Assembly (NCBI GenBank): GCA_951406725.2
Contig: OX597815.1
Location: forward strand, 54,808,001-54,872,000
Reading direction: 5' to 3'
Length of the DNA: 64,000 bases
DNA from: Octopus vulgaris
Taxonomy: Eukaryota
The position numbers and the translations under genes are program-made. Below the pieces are notes generated by a model, which did no database searches, was not told where the DNA came from, and saw nothing but the letters and a program-made list of their open reading frames with translations. Below are positions 12,987-25,580 of this stretch, piece by piece; within the stretch, counting starts at the first letter, position 1, and every line of letters begins with the position of its first letter.

Positions 12987-14642
12987 TTGAATTTTTTCCT
13001 CGGTGTCGGTTATTTTGTATTACGGTTATTGTGTATCACGGTTGTGAGTTCGAATTCGTTGGTTGAACCTGTTTCGGCGTGGTGAATTGTGGAAGTTCTT
13101 TTTTCGAAAATGCAAACCCAAACTTATGGAGGAGCGGCAGGCAAGGGTCTGGCTGCGAGCGAGTTGCAGTTGGAGGAAGTGGTCGTCGAGAAGGAAAGCC
13201 TGAAGGAATACTTCAACAGTTTCAAGAAGGAGGGTGACTGCCTGAGGGTCACACTACCAGAAGACGAAGTGAAAGAAGCAGAGAGACGTATTGTGACATA
13301 TAGAACGTGGAACGTGGCTTCGAAGAAAATAGAAGTGGCAGAGATGGAGGAAATTGAGAGGTGTTTGCAGGAGATTGAAGAAAAAGCTACCTTCTATAAT
13401 AGAGGTAGAAAGTACGCGACGGTGGTAGTTCATTTTGAGAACGAAGCTGAAGCAAAGAAGAACGCTACGAAAATACTGAAAAATGAAAAATGGCTATTAC
13501 TACCTAGCTATTGTGGAAGACGAGCGGTGAGAATAAGAATCAGCAAAATTTTATCAGAATTGAAAATGGAGCGAATTATAGCAGCAACAATATTTAACTG
13601 TAAGGAGAATGTCGAGATATTGAAGATAGAAAGGTCGAAGGAAGTAAAGTGGTGGGGTTATGCAGTACAAGCGTTGGTACACATAACCATGCCAGACATG
13701 TATAACATCCCAGAAGAGTTGGTGTTCCCCGACGACACACGACTCAGAGTCGTGGTAGAGGGGAGACCCCCAGTGTGCTACACATGTAAGACTAGAGGCC
13801 ACATGAAGGATGTGTGTCCGAAAAAAAAAGTACAAGAGGAGATGATAACATTGGAGGCTCTGACAGAGGAATTGCAAATGGCGAATGTAGAAGAAGAAAT
13901 TGTGAATACAGATAATGTGGAAAGTGGTGACAAGTTGGTGAAGGAGGAAGAAAAGGAAAGAACAGAAGGAAAAGAAGGTAGAAAGAGAACGCGGGTGGAA
14001 TCACCACCTAAAGTACAAATAAAGAAAAAAGCGAAAAAGAAGACTACCGACGAGATGGAGGATCGAACGTACGAAGAGAAGGATGCAGAAGCGAAAGCGA
14101 GTGAACCGGCAAATTTAAAGGCAGGGGAAGAATGGGACAGAAGAGTGGAAGAGCAGTTAAAAGTATGTAAGGAAGGAGGAAGACCCAAGGGCGTTCATCT
14201 CAAAGTGGTAATATTGTACAAGAAGGACAAAGAATTTGAAAAGAAGTTAGCAAATAAGAAAAGTTTAATCAGAGTAAAGTTAAACCCCAAAATATTTGAT
14301 GACCAAGTGAAGGCAGAGATTGTGGAAAGAGAGACAATGATGAAATTGAAAAGTGTGTTTTCGGCTGTATGCGTAATGCAATATATCCGTTTTGACAGTT
14401 TGCCAGCTATTGTAGACCAGGAGAGGTTACTCGATCACATTACAGATGAACGCCCAGTATAACAAAATTGTATTTTAAATGAAACTGCGAGCTTGGGGAA
14501 CTCGTAAGACATTCCATTAACCCGTTATAAATAATTCATTATCATACCATACTTTTCGATTTTTTTATTATATGTACCCCATGTCCTGTATTGTAATGTC
14601 CCCTCTTAATTCGGGCCATCGTGCCTATAATAAAGATTTCAC
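12987..14642 (+). mobile_element. ORF1/Gag-only non-autonomous retroposon, copy 1
   Basis: 19-bp TSD CTTCAGC(G/T)AGCAGGCCTTT at 12968-12986 and 14643-14661. Single ORF, no RT, AATAAA near the 3' end. Confidence 0.8.
13110..14462 (+). CDS. LINE ORF1/Gag-like nucleic-acid-binding protein (RRM-like region + CCHC zinc knuckle), 450 aa
   Basis: Uninterrupted ORF from the first ATG at 13110. RGRKYATVVVHFENE is RNP-like; EGRPPVCYTCKTRGHMKDVC = C-X2-C-X4-H-X4-C (13776-13817); E/K-rich linker. Architecture resembles Tx1/L1-type ORF1. Confidence 0.8.
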   Translation: MQTQTYGGAAGKGLAASELQLEEVVVEKESLKEYFNSFKKEGDCLRVTLPEDEVKEAERRIVTYRTWNVASKKIEVAEMEEIERCLQEIEEKATFYNRGRKYATVVVHFENEAEAKKNATKILKNEKWLLLPSYCGRRAVRIRISKILSELKMERIIAATIFNCKENVEILKIERSKEVKWWGYAVQALVHITMPDMYNIPEELVFPDDTRLRVVVEGRPPVCYTCKTRGHMKDVCPKKKVQEEMITLEALTEELQMANVEEEIVNTDNVESGDKLVKEEEKERTEGKEGRKRTRVESPPKVQIKKKAKKKTTDEMEDRTYEEKDAEAKASEPANLKAGEEWDRRVEEQLKVCKEGGRPKGVHLKVVILYKKDKEFEKKLANKKSLIRVKLNPKIFDDQVKAEIVERETMMKLKSVFSAVCVMQYIRFDSLPAIVDQERLLDHITDERPV

Positions 14643-14861
14643 CTTCAGCTAGCAGGCCTTTGATGATGGGCAAGATCCAGAAACATGCATGTCTCTAGAT
14701 GCAGGCCTAGCTGTTGGGGGTGTTTGTCTCCCCTTCGTAAATATATAAGGACACAGGAAATATGTCAAGGCCGACAGGAAGCGTCGATGCTTCCTAGGGC
14801 TAAACAGCGGTGGTGTAATTCCTTTACAGGACTGTCACGTTAAGTTGACAGTATACAACCA

Positions 14862-14904
<43 letters not shown>

Positions 14905-14913
<9 letters not shown>

Positions 14914-15520
14914 ATTGGTGAATTGAAGAAATGGAGCTGAACGCAGATTGAACAGAAATCGTTTTATTTCATTCTACACGTGTTTCGAAAGGCACAAATT
15001 ACCAAAATCCGATTGAATAATGGGACCATATTGTGTCTTTCTCTTCAGGAAGAAAAAAGGAAATCCGTTAGAGAAACAAAAACAGAACAGAGGCGGAGCA
15101 AAAACCAAATCGAACTATGCTCCTAAGAGCCCATGGCGAAACCATGGGCTCTTAGGAGCATAGTTCGATTTGGTTTTTGCTCCGCCTCTGTTCTGTTTTT
15201 GTTTCTCTAACGGATTTCCTTTTTCTTCCTGAAGAGAAAGACACAATATGGTCCCATTATTCAATCGGATTTTGGTAATTTGTGCCTTTCGAAACACGTG
15301 TAGAATGAAATAAAACGATTTCTGTTCAATCTGCGTTCAGCTCCATTTCTTCAATTCACCAATAATGTTTTAATTTCAATTATCCGCACCAACGCACGGT
15401 TGCAACGCCAGATGGTTGTACCTCCAACCGTGCTGTTTACTGCTGTGATTTTTGCTACTAAGGTATCGGTTAACTTTTGATTAATCTACAACAAGATTAT
15501 TCATCTTTCTATTTCACATA
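14905..15520. mobile_element. PLE-like hammerhead element with a near-perfect 232/231-bp inverted repeat
   Basis: Arms 14905-15136 and 15142-15372 around loop CGAAA; (TA)n on both sides. Confidence 0.85.
15223..15309 (+). ncRNA. Type I hammerhead ribozyme motif with long stem II (mirror copy on minus strand 14968-15054)
   Basis: TTC-CTGAAGA-GAAAGACACA...TGTGCCTTTC-GAAA-CACGTG-TA-GAA; palindromic ACACGTGT stem III; GUA cleavage triplet. Confidence 0.75.
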
Positions 15521-15758
15521 ATATATATATATATATATATATATAGGTATGGTAGATAAGTTCAGTAAAAAATTTAGATTCAAATGAATATGGTACTTAG
15601 GTTGAGGCATCAGAATTTAGTATGGTATTATCCATACAATTTCAAAATAAGGTGATTAAAATCAAAATAAGCAAAAATGATATCCAGAGGTAATGCAGTA
15701 CGATCGTTTCATACGACTCCATTTAATTGAACAATATATGTTGTCTGTATATATGTAT

Positions 15759-15859
<101 letters not shown>

Positions 15860-16178
15860 ACATATATATATATGTATGTATGCATGTATGTATGTATTTA
15901 TATATATATAAGTTATTAGTTCTAAATCTCTGAACGAGATATATGCAACAGTACTTTAGAGTAAATTTTATTTGCCAACGCAGAGTGGCAAGTATAATTC
16001 TTGTCAATATATTTCGACATATTTATTGTCTTGTTATTGTCTCTCAGATGGCATGGCGGTCTAGGTATGAAGTCCAGAGCGCAACCATGAGATTCCGGTT
16101 TCGATCTCACTAAGACCGACTAATCCCATTAATAAAATAAATGGGATTCGGTAAACGTAATGTGAGCAGAAGTCTGAC

Positions 16179-16660
16179 ATGCATAAGATCTGGTCATCAA
16201 ATCTAAGTAGAGACTTCAAACTTGAAATATTCAAAGCCACAGTCGAACCAATTCTACTATATGGCTCAGAAACCTGGACGTTATCAAAGAAGCTTGAGAG
16301 GCGGTTGGATGGAACCTACACTCGCCTCCTTATGAGAGCTCAAAATCTCTCGTGGAAGCGCCATCCAACCAAAATGCAAATATATGGGAAACTACCACCT
16401 GTGCCATCTCTTGTGAAAGGTAGGGGAGTCCAGTTTGCTGGACATTGTTGTAGAGCTGAAAAAGAAGTAATTTCTACTCTTCTCCTCTGGAAGCCATCTA
16501 CTCGCAATACCAGAGGGCGCACACTCTCCTACCCTGATGTAATCTCCAGGGATACAGGCATCCAGCAACAGGACCTCCGTAATGCCATGATGGACCGTGA
16601 TGTCTGGCGTAGCATGGTAAATTCCATTGTCTCGACCACGGTCGAACAATGATGATGATG
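16179..16660 (+). mobile_element. 5'-truncated RTE-clade LINE
   Basis: ORF with ILLYGSETWTL...FAGHCCR...DRDVWR, (GAT)n tail, and perfect 11-bp TSD AGAAGTCTGAC (16168-16178, 16661-16671). Confidence 0.9.
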
Positions 16661-16793
16661 AGAAGTCTGACGTATATATAAGCGCGATGGTGTGTGATAT
16701 TTATGTGTGTGTATACACGTTTAAAAGCGTCTTGTTTATGCCGTGTACCGTATATTGTGCAGTATATCTAAGATGGTTGGTGTTCGATAAATA

Positions 16794-17350
16794 TTGGGTT
16801 GTCCGGAAAGTTCGTGCCGATTTATAGTAGCTTACTTTTCGACTTATTTTAGAACATGGTTGAGTCCATAAAATAGGATTTGACTACACCTTCATTTAGA
16901 GCAGTTTAAGCTATCTTTCCGTGGAAGAATTTTTATGTTCCTATAACCTGTGTTAATTCTGAAACCCTTTAAAATGGAAGATAAGAAAGTTCATTTTCGG
17001 CACTTGATACTTTGGGAATCAAACAAAAATTGCTGCATCTCGGCTGGGATGTGTTGCCCACCCTCTATATTCACCAGATATTGCTCCTTCGGATTTCCAC
17101 TTATTCAGGTCTCTGCAGAATAGTTTAATGGTAAAAATTTCAATTCCTTGGATGACGTAAAAAGATACCTTGATGAATTCTTTATCATGAAACCACCTCA
17201 ATTCTGTGAAGAGGGTATTTTCAAGTTAAAGGAAAGATGGAGGCGCATTGTGCAACAAAATGGTTCATATTTGGTTGATTAATGTAATGTAATAGCAAGT
17301 ATTTATCGACCTTTTTCTTTCCTTCGGCACGAACTTTCCGGACAACCCAA
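16794..17350 (+). mobile_element. Internally deleted mariner with perfect TIRs
   Basis: TIR TTGGGTTGTCCGGAAAGTTCGTGCCGA at both ends with TA TSD. MEDKKVHFRH joined to WDVLP..YSPDIAPSDFHLF. Confidence 0.92.
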
Positions 17351-17555
17351 TATTAACCGGTAAAATGCATACCTGCCTGAAATAAGAACGGAAGAGGGCT
17401 AAGCTCCAGCTTACTAATATTCAACTGGTACTTATTTTATCAACCCTGAAAGGTAAAATTTACCTCGGTGGAATTTGAACATAGAAGGTGAAGACGGACG
17501 AAATGCCGCTAAACATTTTCCCGGCGCGCGAACGATTTTTTGTCAGCTCACTGCC

Positions 17556-17616
<61 letters not shown>

Positions 17617-17618
<2 letters not shown>

Positions 17619-18172
17619 GCCCTGATGCAGTACCAGGCAGTGGCTCTCATGGCTTCTGATCTTAACTGATTGGAAGTGTTATCATGTACATTGTTTTGTC
17701 TTGGTATAAAAGATGGGCAACAGCAAATATTCTGCTCAATACCATAGATTTGCTTGTCAGTTGTTTGACCTTAACCAGTTGAGCATGTCCCTTAGTGGCT
17801 GACGATATGTGCATCTCTGATCACGAGCAGAAGTAGTGGGGGAGCATCATAGCCATGTGTTGAGAGGGATTCTTTGGGGTTTGAATAATTCACCTCTGGA
17901 AACATGGGTGGTTCTTTCAACATCCTTAAACAACCCTTATTCAGGGACCTTTTGAGCGGGATGGGCTACTCAACCTGAAGAAAATTCTAACTGGGCCCCA
18001 CCTGCAAGGTCATGTGCTGTTTATCTTGATATGAGATCACCATGTCGCGCACATATGGTTGTGATGCATGTGCCTGGTGTACCCTTATCAGACGGGTAGT
18101 CATGATGGGTATATTGGGCTTCGTATATTTTACCCCAGTGTCATTTTGATGGCATGCACTACTCTCTCACTC
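17617..18172 (+). mobile_element. ~550-bp (TAA)n-embedded interspersed repeat, possibly R4/Dong-related non-autonomous element
   Basis: Near-identical reverse copy at 60568-61096 and partial copy at 26428-26680; all lie in or next to (AAT)n tracts. Confidence 0.7.
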
Positions 18173-18228
<56 letters not shown>

Positions 18229-18248
18229 CAACAACAACAAAAATAACA

Positions 18249-18283
<35 letters not shown>

Positions 18284-18296
18284 AACAACAACAACA

Positions 18297-18328
<32 letters not shown>

Positions 18329-19664
18329 AACAACAACAACAACAACAACAACAATAATAATAATCCTTTCAACTATAGGCACAAGGCCTGAAATTTGGGG
18401 GAGGAGGATAATCGGCACAAGTGTTTTACTGGTACTGAAATTATCGACACTCGCAAGGATGAAATCAAAGTCGACCTCGGAATTTGAACTTAGAAGGTGC
18501 AGATGGACGAAATGCCGCTAAACATTTTACCCGGCACGCTAGTCGATTACATCGACCCTAGCACATAAATGGTACTGTATTTTATCGACCCTAAAAGGAG
18601 AAAAGGCAAGGTTGACCTTGTCGGAATTTGAACATAGTACGTAAGGGCTGGAAGAAATATCGCTAAGCATTTTGTCCAACGTGCTAACGATTGTGCTAGC
18701 TCTAATAATGTTGGAAGCTTTTTAATTACTCTCTACCATGAGTATTAACTTATGCTACGTCCCTAGTATATGCGTGCGCGTGCGCGTGTACATACATACA
18801 TACATACATACATACATACATACATACATACATACATACATACATACATACATACATACATACCCAGAATCTCTGGCACCGACACAATGACATCCATATC
18901 AACGCGTTGACGTGGTAAATGAGCAGTGCTGCCAACATATTGAGAAAAGTTATTAGGCGTTGGTTAGGCAAAGCAAAGAGCTACTAAATTTGGTTGGGTG
19001 TTCACTTTATATCAGTCGTTGTATACTATATATATATATTGTACTGGAAGTTACTTCTAGCTAACTTAAGCTTCTACTATTTATATCCGACTTCCTGTTT
19101 TGTGCGTAACGATTATAATACAAAAATAAACCCCACGTAGCAGCAGCAACGATAACAGCAGCAATATCAGAAAAACAGTCTGTTCTCACCTCTATATACT
19201 ACCATTTGAATGGCACTGTATAGGAAATCAATGGACATGTACAACAGTATTAATGTAGTAGAAACTGCAGGAGCGCTGGAATAACTTCCCTTATATTATA
19301 TAATCCCTTTACTTTCTTTTATTTACTTTAAGAGATCACATCCAACCAGTGTTGATCTTACATTCCCTTCCTCTGGGATTGATAAAGAAATGTGTTTGTA
19401 ATTTACTAAGATTGATTCAAGTCATCTGTACTTATAAAGAGAACCTCTAAGAGTTGGTGGAGTTCATCAGTACATCGGTCTAGGGGTAGAAGATCCAAGG
19501 TGAAACCCGTGACTATCTGCCAAACCCACTTACCTAAAAGAAAAAAATATGTTCGTATAACGAATTTTCATTCATTTGAGAGACTATTCACACTACGAGT
19601 GAATATTTTATTCAATGTCTCCTATATACCAGAAGCGACAAATCCCGTCTAGACATGTGTGTAC

Positions 19665-19707
19665 ACACCATTGATGAAGCTCAAGAAAGCCGAAATGCGT
19701 TTGGTGT
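19665..19707 (+). ncRNA. Degenerate type I hammerhead motif
   Basis: ACACCA-TTGATGA-AGCT-CAAGAA-AGCC-GAAA-TGCG-TT-TGGTGT. Stem I is perfect; core and stems carry transitions. Confidence 0.5.
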
Positions 19708-20322
19708 TCTCGCTAGTCGCTGCTAGGATGATTTTCATCTCTCACCGCAAAATGTATATTGTATTTTTAAACACGGCACGTCCATAATAGATATCATCTC
19801 TGGACGAATACCGCAGTGTCTTGTCTTTCAACGATGTATTTACATTAAGTATGATATATAGATGGCCATACAAAATATCTACAAATCACTTAGATTTTGA
19901 GAGAAACCCTTCCTGGAGGTAGGAAGCTGTCGTTTTCCTCTTAGCTAAATGCTTTTCTGGAGGTTCTGTCTATACATTACAAATCGCTTTATTCCTACCA
20001 AGGTGGCAAAATCAGTTCGGAAATATTGCAGTAATGAACTTGAAATTTTGAAGTATAAACTAATAATATTAATTATTAATAAAGGTAAAACAAAAAAAAA
20101 AGGACTGCGAAGTAGAAAACTCGTTAACATGTTAGAAATACCTTGTGGCATTTGTTCCGGCTCTTTACATTCTGAGTACTAATCCTATCGCAATAAATTT
20201 TGCTTTTCATCCTTCCGGGGTCAATAAATTTAAGTATCTGTCAAGTACTGGGGCTGATGGTATCGACTAAACCTCTTCCCCAAAAGAATTGTTAATTTTG
20301 TACTATACTCCGAAGCAATTAA

Positions 20323-21129
20323 TCTCTCTATATATAAACGGCAGTTTGTCTGTCTGAGTGTCTGTGTGTCTGTCAGGTTGTGCCCTCACCCTGACCACGG
20401 CTTTCAACCGATTCTGATGAAACTTGACACACACATAGCCCAATGTCATAATTCAAAACTAACGCAGCGAAAATTTTGAAAAGTTCCCCCAGTTCTGAAA
20501 AAAAATCGATAAATTCGACATAGGTCGAGAATCTAAGCTTTTTATATGCAACACATTTTCTACAGACTGTCTAGAGGACGCGACTCGACCTTTTTAACTC
20601 TCGGAACACGTGGGGTAAGTATCCCAAAATGTATAAAAATGTACAAAAATGGCAAAAAAGCGGGCAGCAATGTAAGTGACAACAACGAAAAAGTCAAAAG
20701 TGACCAAACTGAACAAACGAATGGAAAAGGTTTTTTGATGCACACGACAAAAGCGGTTTATAATAGACCAAGAGTTTGCAAGTAGCGTCCGAGGACCCTT
20801 AGGGTACGTCAAAAATTTAAGGTAAAACGTTTGGGGTGGTAGTTATAAAGAAAGTGTAAACAAAAAAAGTATTCGAATAACTTGCGGCTGCAGCAGCTAT
20901 TAGCAGAAGTGGCGGTGTTGGGGGTAAAGTCTCGAATGTAATTTCTTCCTGGTAGGAATTGGTAGGGTTGAATTATCGATAGCTGTTTGATAGTTATTTG
21001 GGAGTGAAGAGAAGACATTGCAACCTACACATGCGCCTTCGTTCCCTAGTGGGAAAGGACTAGATTGGGATTAGTCGTTGCCTACTAGGGGCTCTTACAT
21101 ACCCGGGCAACGCCGGGCTATGCTGCTAG
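20323..21129 (+). mobile_element. Non-autonomous Helitron
   Basis: 5' TC, (GTCT)n microsatellite, 3' hairpin CCCGGGCAACGCCGGG followed by CTAG; inserted between A and T. Confidence 0.85.
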
Positions 21130-21899
21130 TTTTATATAAAATAATTCAAACTCTCTACTACATAATCGAGGGAGCCTTTCCACGGTTGACCGACTTGATG
21201 AAAATAGTGACCAAATCTCCTTCAAACTGTGCCCTACTGTCTTTAAGCAGACAAGACACACTGGATAATGTAGTCCTAGAAACTCTTAAAAAGAACGGGG
21301 TGACAACGACATGAATTCATGATAACAGCTATGTCATCACGATTCACTCGGGGTTAAACACTAACCCTGCGTAACACTACAGAATACTGAATTAGACTTT
21401 ACTAAATGAGACAATATGGGAGCCTCTACATACGTGCATGAGCTGCTAGAAATAAGAGAAATATGAGACCGGCTAGAAATAAATTAATGGCCACGCTGGG
21501 ACACCTTTGATCGGGTTGACCGAGTGCTAAACAACACTAGCCGAACAAAACAAAGACAAAACCGCTTGGTTGTTACTTGATCTAACAGAAAAAAACAGAT
21601 GATCACCTCTAGAACGCTTTTTATCATATGTCTGCTTGGTCAAGGGGTCAACTCGGTGCCAAACAAAAACAAAACTTCACTCAACTACTGTGTATGATAT
21701 TACTATAAACTGAAACTGTTGATCAATTTGTATTAAACTTGTCACTTTATGCTAAGTATTTAAATATTGCTGCTGTCACCTTTACTTTTTCCCTTTCAGA
21801 ACATTGTAAAATACCTTCATCACTTAGCTTTAAATATAGGATCCACTCCTAGTGCATTGTCTTTACTTCCTAAAACTTTGGATTAGTTGACATTATTGG

Positions 21900-22900
21900 A
21901 GTTATCAACCCAACTTATTGTTTTAGATCTTAAACATGCTTAGAGGGATTTTTTTTCAACCCATTATATTACTTGTGTAAACCTTTACCGAATGTGTATT
22001 TCGAATTCAGAAAATTTAGATGTGACTCTCCATATTTCTATATTCTCTAAATGCTAAGAAATGTGGACTTATACGGGCAGGGTGTTTTTAGATTCATAGA
22101 TAAGCGTCTTCCACCCCTACATAAATATAGGAAACTCTTTAACAGACCTGCAATAAGGATCCCTTTCAGATGTACACATAATATGAAAATCTTAGTTAAT
22201 GGTCCCAAACCTCGAACAGGTAATGACATATGCCCACTTAGTGAAGAGTGTTATGCAGAAGTTGTGTACGAAGCGGATGTAGCGTCCAAAGACTCCGGTG
22301 TTACGATACAAGGGCAGCGATTTGTTAAAGAAGGAGAAGGTCCTCCTTCAAGATCCAGAACAATATACTTGTTGAAGGAAAAAGTTGCGTTGTATGAGAT
22401 AAGGGTGCTTGAAAATCTCTAGTAATATTTTAAGAGCCGTAGACGGTGAAGACTTTGGCAGGACAGCGGATGCTACTGAAGAATTTCCTCCACAACGATA
22501 TCTTTCTGAGTACCAAAAGGAAAATTTTTACCCTCTGACTTCATGAGCGTAAATGCATCTTCAATGCATTTTAACAGGTCAAATCCTACCAAGCAGAAAA
22601 AACTGGTGTTATTGTCTAATGAATTTTCTTCCCTTATTGCATACGCGGATGTCTTTTATAGTTCATTTTTCATTTCCTACTCATTTCGTACTCTCAAGTG
22701 ATCTCCTCACACTCTTTACTTTCTTACGTATATCGTTCTGACTCTATCCTTGTGTCTGTCTCCAGCAACTTTAATCTCATATACGTGTGCTTACACCACC
22801 ACAAGTTATCTTATTTTTTACTTAGCCGTTCTGCTTTTCAATAAAACTGTTCAAACCATCACAAGGAATAAAATTCCGAAAGCTTATAATTTGTCGGGTT
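21900..22900 (+). pseudogene. Penelope-like (Neptune-type) RT-linker/GIY-YIG remnant
   Basis: FRFIDKRLPPLHKYRKLFNRPAIRIPFRC..N and CPLSEECYAEVVYEADV resemble the Neptune PLE linker and endonuclease start. Decayed hammerhead half GGAAT-AAA-ATTCC-GAAA-GCTT near 22866-22886. Confidence 0.65.
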
Positions 22901-23004
22901 TCTCCTTCAAGTTTTGCTGAAACCAAGAAGATATTTGGTTTTATCATCGAAGTTCCGCTTGGCCGGATGTAAACATTAGCATCTTTGGTGTGAAGGACCC
23001 CAGG

Positions 23005-23059
<55 letters not shown>

Positions 23060-23230
23060 TAAAGCTGCTGCTAGGGTGTGAAGTAAAAACAAGCATGTCG
23101 AGATTAACATTGGTTTGAAGGTGTTAACTCCTCGACATTCTATTGCTTTATTTTTCCGTGTCCCTTATACTTAGATGCTCTTAAATTGCTGACTCTCCAT
23201 ATCATTTAGATTTTCAGTTATAGAACATTA

Positions 23231-24515
23231 CGAGGGTCGGCTGAGATATTCATAGCCTAACCAAGATACTCTCATGGAATGTGACCAAGTAAGGTTTATT
23301 TTTCAACATAATCCCCCTTGCGGTCCACACACTTCTTCCATCGGTGTAGCAGTGCTTGGATCCCATTGATGAAGAATCTTTCGTCCTGTTGCTCAAAAAA
23401 AGTCATCAACAGCAGATATGACGTCATCATCATTGCGTTGCTGGTTCCCAGTCAAATGGCCTTTCATGTTGAGGAACAGATGATAGTCAGTTGGGGCTAA
23501 ATCGGGAGAATACGGAGGTTGGTCAACCAGTTTAAAATCACAGTCACGCACAGCAGCATTGAAACCAAGGACATCTGTACTGGAGTATTGTCCAGATGAA
23601 TCAAGACCCATTTCCGTCAATTTTCCTGAAAACGTGGACACTTTTCGTAACTACTTCAGTAAAATGGCATAATACTCTCCATCGATGTTGCGGTCCTTTT
23701 AAAGATAGTCAATAAACACAATATCTTTCGCATCTCATAAAACTGAGGCCATCACCTTCCCTGCAGATGAAACAACCTTGGCCTTCTTTGGGGCAAGTGA
23801 GGAGGGGTGTTTCTACTGTATTGATTGTCTGTTGGTCTCTGGCTCAAAGTGATGAAGCCAACACTCATCCTGGGTTAGAAAACGTTCAAGGAAACCAGCT
23901 GGATCTGCCTGAAATAATTTCAGATTTTCCTGTGATGTGATCAGCCTGGTGCGCTTTTGATCAGGTATCAGAAGATGTGGCGCCCACTGAGCAGAAAACT
24001 TCGTTATGCCCTGCTCATAGTGCAGAATATTTTCAATTCATTCAGGGGATATACTAAAGGCATTGGTTATTTAATCCACAGTCAATCACCTGTCCTCCAT
24101 CACTATGTGATGAAGACAATCTTTTCCTTGGTGGTGGCAAAAACAGGACGCTCGGACCTTGGGTCATCTTCAAGATTCGCTCTTCTGCTCCTAAATTCAG
24201 TTACCAACTTTTGCACTGTTGATAAAGATGGAGCGTCATCCCCTAACGTAACAACTATGTTAGAATGAATGTCGTTGGGGTCTGGGCCCTATACTGCAAG
24301 TACTTGATAACACCACCTTGCCAGAATTTGTCCATTTTCAAGAGAAGTGGCTACCAGTTCCTTTTGAAGTCTTCTTTGAACAGTCAGATGTCAATTTACC
24401 TGGAAAGAAACAATGCAGTTATTAATAAGAAGTGTTGAAATTAATACATGCAAGATTTCACAGCTCTAGTATCATCCCTTCATAGTCAGCCTATGAACTT
24501 TTCAGCCCACCATCG
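23231..24515 (-). mobile_element. Full-length decayed mariner
   Basis: Imperfect TIRs (CGAGGGTCGGCTGAGATATTCATAG / CTATGAACTTTTCAGCCCACCATCG), TA TSD, ~1.29 kb; motifs WAPHLL and PYSPDLAPTDYHLF. Confidence 0.9.
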
Positions 24516-25236
24516 TACTTTGACTTCAGTCTCTGCCAAAGTTCACAGTTTTTCATTCTATTTGGATGGAAGTGTCAGCGGTGTATGAAAGTTCGACTTA
24601 AGTGACTAAATTCCTCCTCTACACATTGGTTTTCATTAAATTTGCATAAATGTCAGAGAGTCTATTCTCTGCAATTGGAGTTTGAATCCTGCGAGAGGTC
24701 AATAAAATAAGAACCAGAAATGCACTAGGACCAGTCGCCTAAGATTATTTCGGTCGACTTTAAATGAATGGCCTTCAGTTAATTTGAGAAATCATTGCTA
24801 AAATTCGGTTAAAACAGTGTTACAGTCATTTTCCTTACACCTGCTGTTACAACAGCTGTTGTTACATCGATAGATAGATGAGTCTCTGATATCCTTTCAT
24901 AGCCCACGTGCATTCATTATAATCGATAGTGTATAGCAATGGTTAGATTTGCCTTTCTCAGTCAAGATAGTAAGAACAATATACGTCAAAGATTCACACG
25001 TCATCACACCACAAATTTTCTTTCATTTTCATTATGCATTCAAAACATGTATTTATTCATAATATCTCGAGTGAGACAATACAAGAAGAGCGACTAATGT
25101 GTCAGTATTGCAAAAGCCTTAAATTGTCTTCAGTAAATTAGAAGATATATACTATAAGAAGATAGAGAAAAATACTTATATTATGATGTTATTCATAATT
25201 ATCCTAGCTTGGTTATCAAGAGGTAAACTATATAGA

Positions 25237-25580
<344 letters not shown>

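Larger units (their letters stand above)
12801..14865 (+). mobile_element. Retrozyme-like element (family A) of ~1.1 units, split by an ORF1-only insertion
   Basis: 42-bp direct repeat at 12805-12846 and 14824-14865. Flanks are homologous to the reverse complement of 55606-55969. Hammerhead core TTGATGA-TGGG-CAAGA-TCCA-GAAA-CATGCATG-TC at 14660-14693. Confidence 0.8.

Noticed and set aside
12805-14865. LTR retrotransposon interpretation (direct repeats around a gag-like ORF)
   Set aside because: Repeats are only 42 bp and lack TG..CA and a PBS; better explained as a permuted retrozyme unit with a TSD-bounded insert.
20410-20430. CTGATGAAAC hammerhead-like string
   Set aside because: No stem II between CTGATGA and GAAA; part of a Helitron 5' region.
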